Under the pieces are notes generated by a model. That model saw only the letters and a list, made by a program, of their open reading frames with translations. It had not been told where the DNA came from and did not search any database. Shown one piece after another: positions 59,430-64,000 of a stretch of DNA of 64,000 nt (the first letter of the stretch is position 1; every line of letters starts with the position of its first letter). The stretch comes from an uncultured Verrucomicrobiae bacterium. GTDB lineage: Bacteria; Verrucomicrobiota; Verrucomicrobiia; Chthoniobacterales; Terrimicrobiaceae. Location of the stretch: positions 1 to 64,000 of the forward strand of contig CAVPOC010000013.1 in NCBI GenBank assembly GCA_963706955.1, in the 5' to 3' direction. The translations under genes and the position numbers were made by a program.

Positions 59430-60329
59430 ATGTCGTGCTGGAGGAGAAAAGAACAGAACCTTTTGAGACGGACTGTTTGCGCGCGCTCCGCCGCGAGGGC
59501 GGCTTTTTCGTGTTGGGTGAACGCGCGCGCGTGCGGGTCACCGGTAGCCGACCGGCTTCGTTACCTGAATGGCCAGCTTAGTAACGACCTTCGCCGCCTC
59601 GTGCCTGGCGAAGCAATGCGAGCCCTACTTCTCACTGCGAAAGGAAAACTCTGTTCAGACGTTTTCGTCTGGATCGATGGAGAATCGCTCATTGTCGAGG
59701 CGGACGTCTCGCTCGAAGAAGCTCTTCTCGCGCGGCTCGAGCGCTACGCTGTTGCGGACGACGTCGCCTTCGAGTCGCTGACGCCCGTCGCTGAGCGTTG
59801 CCATGTGTTTGGCTCGGTCTCCGCGGGGAGGGATGGATTGCAAATTCGCCGCCTGGGTGTCGAGGGGCTTGACGTGACATCGCCTCCGAACGATTTGCGG
59901 GAAGCGGGAGCCGACGAGGTTGAATTACTGCGGATCGAACGTGGGCTTCCGCGCTGGGGCAGCGAGCTTTCCGAGGACACGCTGCCTCAGGAAGTTGGCC
60001 TCGATCGAATCGCAGTTGATTTTAACAAAGGTTGCTACGTTGGACAGGAGGTCGTCTCGCGCATCCATAGCGTCGGACGAGTCAATCGCCATCTTTGCGG
60101 ATTTGTCGGGGACTTCGACCCTTCGCTTGCCGCAGCCGCCACTCTCGTGGATGCGGGTGGCCGGAAATCCGGACGCCTCACCAGCGCGAAGTTCCATCCT
60201 GAGTTGCGAAAGACCATCGCGCTCGGCTTTCTCCAAGGGCAGCCGGCCGAGTCGTCATTCGTGCTCCAAGATGAAAGTGGTACTTGCCTTGGCACGGCGG
60301 AACGTTCTCAATTTCCTCTTCTTCCCTAA
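59430..60329 (+). CDS. ygfZ: Folate-binding protein YgfZ/GcvT-like (5' region probably frameshifted)
   Basis: DRLRYLNGQLSND, LTAKGK, LRIERGLP, KGCYVGQE. Confidence 0.88.
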   Translation: MSCWRRKEQNLLRRTVCARSAARAAFSCWVNARACGSPVADRLRYLNGQLSNDLRRLVPGEAMRALLLTAKGKLCSDVFVWIDGESLIVEADVSLEEALLARLERYAVADDVAFESLTPVAERCHVFGSVSAGRDGLQIRRLGVEGLDVTSPPNDLREAGADEVELLRIERGLPRWGSELSEDTLPQEVGLDRIAVDFNKGCYVGQEVVSRIHSVGRVNRHLCGFVGDFDPSLAAAATLVDAGGRKSGRLTSAKFHPELRKTIALGFLQGQPAESSFVLQDESGTCLGTAERSQFPLLP

Positions 60330-60934
60330 TGAAAAGACTGTTTTCTGCGCTCGTCCTTGTCTTCGTAACTTTGTCCTGCGGCGTCGCCGCCACGGTTGGG
60401 CCGGAGGTGGCCGTCATGCAAATCAAGATCGGGAAGGAACGAGATTTGCAGCAAGTCGTCATCGGTCTCTATGACGACGCGGCGCCAGCGACTGTGGCAA
60501 ACTTCAAAGAGCTTTGTCGAAAACGCTTCTACAACGGCATGCGCTTTCACCGCGCCTTTCCCAGCACCCTGGTTCAAACCGGCGATCCGCAAAGTCGCCG
60601 TGGACCCGCAGATCGGTCCGGCACGGGTGGACCCGGCTTTACCATTCCCGCCGAACTCGGACGCAATCATGTTCGCGGGGCAGTGGCCATGGCGCGTCTG
60701 CCCGACAACATCAATCCATCAAAAGTTTCTAATGGAAGCCAATTCTATGTCTGCCTCACTTCGATGCCGAAGCTCGATGGCAAGTATACGGTTTTTGGCG
60801 AGGTCCTCGAGGGATTGGACGTGCTTGATTCCATCAGCAACCAGCCTACCGACAGCAACGATTTCCCATTGGCAAAAATCGTGATAAAATCTATCACCAT
60901 CCAGCCACGTTTCGCCGAAGCGCCGCCCCAATAG
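60329..60934 (+). CDS. Cyclophilin-type peptidylprolyl isomerase, secreted
   Basis: APATVANF, FYNGMRFHR, QTGDP, GAVAMAR, GSQFY, LDGKYTVFG. Confidence 0.93.
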   Translation: MKRLFSALVLVFVTLSCGVAATVGPEVAVMQIKIGKERDLQQVVIGLYDDAAPATVANFKELCRKRFYNGMRFHRAFPSTLVQTGDPQSRRGPADRSGTGGPGFTIPAELGRNHVRGAVAMARLPDNINPSKVSNGSQFYVCLTSMPKLDGKYTVFGEVLEGLDVLDSISNQPTDSNDFPLAKIVIKSITIQPRFAEAPPQ

Positions 60935-60966
60935 CCAAATGGCGTCCCCTGCGAAACCGAAGTGAC

Positions 60967-61049
60967 GGGTAGGTACCGAAGTGGCCAAACGGGGCGGACT
61001 GTAAATCCGCTGGCTTACGCCTTCAGTGGTTCGAATCCACTCCTGCCCA
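60967..61049 (+). tRNA. tRNA-Tyr (GTA)
   Basis: Acceptor stem GGGTAGG/CCTGCCC, anticodon arm GCGGA-CTGTAAA-TCCGC, long variable arm, GGTTCGAATCC. Confidence 0.95.
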
Positions 61050-61150
61050 TTACTCTGTAAAGCGCATAAATAAAGACTCTGCGGGCATTTCGCGCGTTTT
61101 TCTCTGCACTGCAAGAAGATGCACGGAAAAGCATCAAAATGGCTGTAATG

Positions 61151-61178
61151 TTGGCACCAAATTGGCACCAATTTGGCG
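61151..61178 (+). repeat. Direct repeats ttggcaccaa-a-ttggcaccaa-t-ttggcg (integrase arm-site-like)
   Basis: Read directly; about 100 bp downstream of the tRNA 3' end. Confidence 0.55.
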
Positions 61179-61237
61179 CACTAGGTTGGAACCAGACTAC
61201 CTTGCATTCGGGGTTGCGCTGGGTAAAAGGGAACCGA

Positions 61238-61765
61238 GTGAGTTCAAAACAATTAAAGGAAGACCGTGAGAAGGCCATCGGCAATCAGCTGTTGAAAGCG
61301 CTCAAGTTGGACGGCAAGCTTCTCCGCCACGGCAAGGATGGCATTGAACCCGACTTGATATACTGACTCGAAGGCAAAACTCTCGGGATTGAGATCAGCA
61401 CCGCACACTACGACGAAGGCACGGCCAGCGTTGAGTTTAAGATGGCGCGTGGGGAGATAAAACCGGACCCTCCGCGTTGGGTGCTGCTAGGTGTGCCAAA
61501 TGAACCGGATAAAGTCATGGTCTCCCGCGTCCAACGGGAACTTGATGACAAGTGCGAGAAGCACTATTCGGGAGTGGATGCAGCATGGTTGTGTATCGAA
61601 CAGCGTGCCCACCTCTCGACGGTCGCGGACACTGAAAAACTGATTGCCGCTATCAAAGTTCCCAATAATGAATTTGAGCGAATCTACCTCGTTTTTAACG
61701 CCCCCATGAACGACGGAGGAGGTTTTCGCGTCTTCCTGCTATCCCGAAAAAGGCGGTCGCGGTGA
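61238..61765 (+). pseudogene. Restriction-endonuclease-like (PD-(D/E)XK-type) gene with in-frame TGA at 61364-61366
   Basis: ORFs 61139..61366 and 61442..61765 are in the same frame; EPDLIY*LEGKTLGIEIST resembles a PD...E-x-T/K nuclease core. Confidence 0.5.
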
Positions 61766-62152
61766 TAAAGCACCAACTGAAACAAGAGCCGCCCTGGTTC
61801 GCCTCGGCGGGCTTTTTGCCTCTTCCCGTCCGCGGCCTCACTCTTGAATACGTAGAAGGTGCTTCTGCTCCTGCAGGCTTGATGCGGAGCTCCTTTTTGC
61901 GTATCCTAGGATTCCATGAGGGCACGGATCGGCCTTGTCGCTGCAGTGGCGTTGACGATGCTGAGCTGCACTACACCGACATCTACACCCGCGCCCGAAA
62001 CAACACAGCAGCGCGCGGAGTGGGAGGCGTGTGCAAGCGTGGAACAGCACATGAGTAGTCCGATGAGTCGACAGTGACGGGGCGACTGCAGTCAGTGCTC
62101 TGCCAAAAGATGGTCTGACTTGACTCTGTTTTGCATATTCTGCGCGGCGATA

Positions 62153-62375
62153 TTATTCATGAATCCGCAGCAAGTGCTCCCAGGCGCGAAAGTCGCCGTT
62201 GAATCCCAAGCTTTGCGCATCTGGTAGCTTGAGATAACCTCGCGCTCGATAGCCTTGTTGCCCTTATTCGGTCGTTCGGAGATACGTCGATATTGTTGAC
62301 GGGATAGGTAAGGTGCGCGGCAAACTTGTCTCTTTCGAGGGCTTCGAGAAGCGCGAGCAAGTTAGCGATCAAGGC
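62153..62375 (-). pseudogene. Frameshifted paralog of 62771..62968
   Basis: Nucleotide alignment to 62771-62950; encodes KFAAHL..RQQYRRISERPNKGNKAIEREVI...GFNGDFRAWEHLLRIHE across indels. Confidence 0.7.
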
Positions 62376-62382
62376 GAGAGGA

Positions 62383-62679
62383 TTATTCCCCCAACTTCGT
62401 GCCAAACACATGCTTACTGTCGTTGTATCGGAACCAGTTTAGCTTGTTAAGCGCCGCCATGTAATCTTGGACCGCCTCTATGTTCGGGAACTCCTCCACC
62501 CCGGAAACCGACCATTGATCCGAGGACCAACTTGAGTCGATGAGGATCAGCTTCTTACCGCCTACTTTCTCAAAAGCCTCGTCAAGCTTGGCTATCAGCC
62601 TCTTCTGCTCTTCCTCGGATAACTGATACCAGGCGTCCAATTTCTTGGAAACAAATTGCTTATAAATTGGTTTAGACAT
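62383..62679 (-). CDS. Small alpha/beta dimeric-barrel-like protein (DUF6616/GYD-like)
   Basis: AWYQLSEEEQ...GG...WSSDQW...GVEEFPNIEAVQ...LNWFRY...GT. Family call from recall. Confidence 0.6.
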   Translation of the reverse strand: MSKPIYKQFVSKKLDAWYQLSEEEQKRLIAKLDEAFEKVGGKKLILIDSSWSSDQWSVSGVEEFPNIEAVQDYMAALNKLNWFRYNDSKHVFGTKLGE

Positions 62680-62770
62680 TTTCCAGAACCTCCTCTTCGT
62701 AAGCTACGAATCACAAAAGCGGCAGTCAAAGCATGACTGGCTTGGCTCTTGCACCTCGCATTTTGCTTCT

Positions 62771-62968
62771 TCATTCGTGAATCCGCAGCAAGTGCTCCCA
62801 AGCGCGGAAGTCACCGTTGAATCCCAAGCTCTGCGCCACCTGGAAGCTTGCGATTACTTCGCGCTCAATGGCCTTGTTTCCCTTGTTCGGGCGCTCGCAG
62901 ACTAGCCGATATTGCTTTCGGGCTTGGTAGAGGTGAGCGACGAACTTGTCGTGCTCGCTGGCTTGCAA
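62771..62968 (-). CDS. Small hypothetical protein (duplicated at 62153-62375)
   Basis: KFVAHLYQARKQYRLVCERPNKGNKAIEREVIASFQVAQSLGFNGDFRAWEHLLRIHE; 5' end uncertain. Confidence 0.6.
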   Translation of the reverse strand: MQASEHDKFVAHLYQARKQYRLVCERPNKGNKAIEREVIASFQVAQSLGFNGDFRAWEHLLRIHE

Positions 62969-63049
62969 TTGCTACAGCAGTGCTGCACGTCTGTTGAATC
63001 TGGGTGAGTTTCTCGATGAACGTCGCCACGGTCCATCGAGTGCTAAAGC

Positions 63050-63608
63050 TTAGCGAATTGCCAGTCGGCGCCGATTTGCCAGGACGAGAATCAGAAATGC
63101 CGATCCCAGGAGTATCGCCGTGTTGCCATTGTCAGGAACTGAAGCGCTCGAACTAAGCTGTTGGATAGTTGCTTTGACGATGGCCGAGCGTGTTCACGGC
63201 ACCCGAAGGGCTGCTCAGGGTAAGCGTAAAGCTGCGATCGGAAGTTATCGCCGTGGAGAAAAGATGAAAGAAAGACGTTAAAAACTGACCTCCCGGCGCC
63301 CCGGTTACAGAACCCTTGAACATTGTCCTATAGTCGGGATCAGAAAAAAGAAAATTGGACCCGAGATGTTTGAGAACCGGTAGACCCGCTCGACGTGATT
63401 GAAAAGAAGTCCAAAGTTTTTCTTGCAAATCATCCAGAACAAAGGTCGAAGGCTCAGGCAAAACGGTGATACTGAATGGACCGGCTGAAAAGAAGGGTAG
63501 ACTAGCGTCCCAATCAAGGATCGTGTAGCTCAGCGGGACGGCAGGGGCCTTTTGAAGGCTAGCGGCAAAGAGTGACATTAAAGCAGCGACAATCAATTTA
63601 TGATTCAT
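63050..63608 (-). CDS. VPDSG-CTERM (exosortase target) surface protein, frameshift near 63185
   Basis: Signal peptide MNHKLIVAALMSLFAASL; the shifted frame ends SASVPDNGNTAILLGSAFLILVLANRRRLAIR*. Confidence 0.75.
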
Positions 63609-64000
63609 GAGCGGCGAACTAGATCACCGGACATGCAAGCTGTAAAGCTCTACATCCGCAAAATTCTTCGCCTAGAATATAACTCACTCAAGAATAGAAA
63701 CTTGGATAGCGAAATTTTTTGGCTGCTTAGCCGAACCAATTGGACGAGACATCTTCAGCCTGCTCCATCTTCCCGAAAATGCCGCGTTTGGCGCTAATAT
63801 AAGCTAGTATTCTTAAGTCCGCTAGCTTTCGGGTGAGGGCAAAATTGCTAATGCGAGAGCGACAATAGTGCCAACGATCACTACGAGAATGATGGCGATG
63901 ACTACTAAGAGTACGCATAATGCTATCGGTACGCGCGCGTGGAACTTTAGTAATCTTGATTCTCCGCGTATTCAAGTTCGCGCTGCAACTCCAGCCAGCT

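Larger units (their letters stand above)
61050..64000. mobile_element. Probable left end of a tRNA-Tyr-integrated genomic island
   Basis: Abrupt switch to short, degenerate, more AT-rich ORFs after the tRNA, and tandem ttggcacca repeats at 61151-61178. No integrase lies within the window. Confidence 0.5.

Noticed and set aside
61151..61167. TGGCACCAAATTGGC as a sigma54 promoter
   Set aside because: The GG-N10-GC spacing arises from the tandem repeat itself; its position after a tRNA fits an att-arm repeat better.

Overview
A GC-rich bacterial chromosomal window, probably Verrucomicrobiota (Spartobacteria/Chthoniobacterales-like); this is inferred from a VPDSG-CTERM protein, a DUF5069-like gene and the overall gene set. 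0-13 kb is an accessory locus built around three paralogous P1B-type ATPase-like genes. Only one keeps the catalytic motifs (TGES, DKTGT, GDGIND); the other two are full-length degenerate pseudo-ATPases. Around them lie small membrane proteins and DUF697-, EcsC- and SRPBCC-family, APC permease and DsbB-like genes. 13-30 kb is housekeeping (lysC-thrC-hom, rbfA-nrnA-truB-ribF, aroE, gltX, yqeY, ispD, tsaE/B, mgtE). 30-43 kb is a mixed accessory region: two class III cyclases, REP-like repeat clusters, a TPR protein, AmmeMemoRadiSam genes and a serpin. At 43-47 kb, purS-purQ-purL is interrupted by a GxxExxY nuclease-family gene bounded by 9-bp-periodic inverted repeats, plus an adjacent in-frame internally deleted miniature copy of the same cassette. 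47-61 kb holds lnt, murU/amgK-like, glgE, ubiE, tRNA-Leu, PPIases, ygfZ and tRNA-Tyr. After tRNA-Tyr a probable integrated island begins. Several genes are split by indels that may be sequencing errors. The strongest novelty candidates are the ATPase/pseudo-ATPase triad (ferrosome-like by inference) and the repeat-bounded GxxExxY cassette with its mini-derivative and solo repeats.
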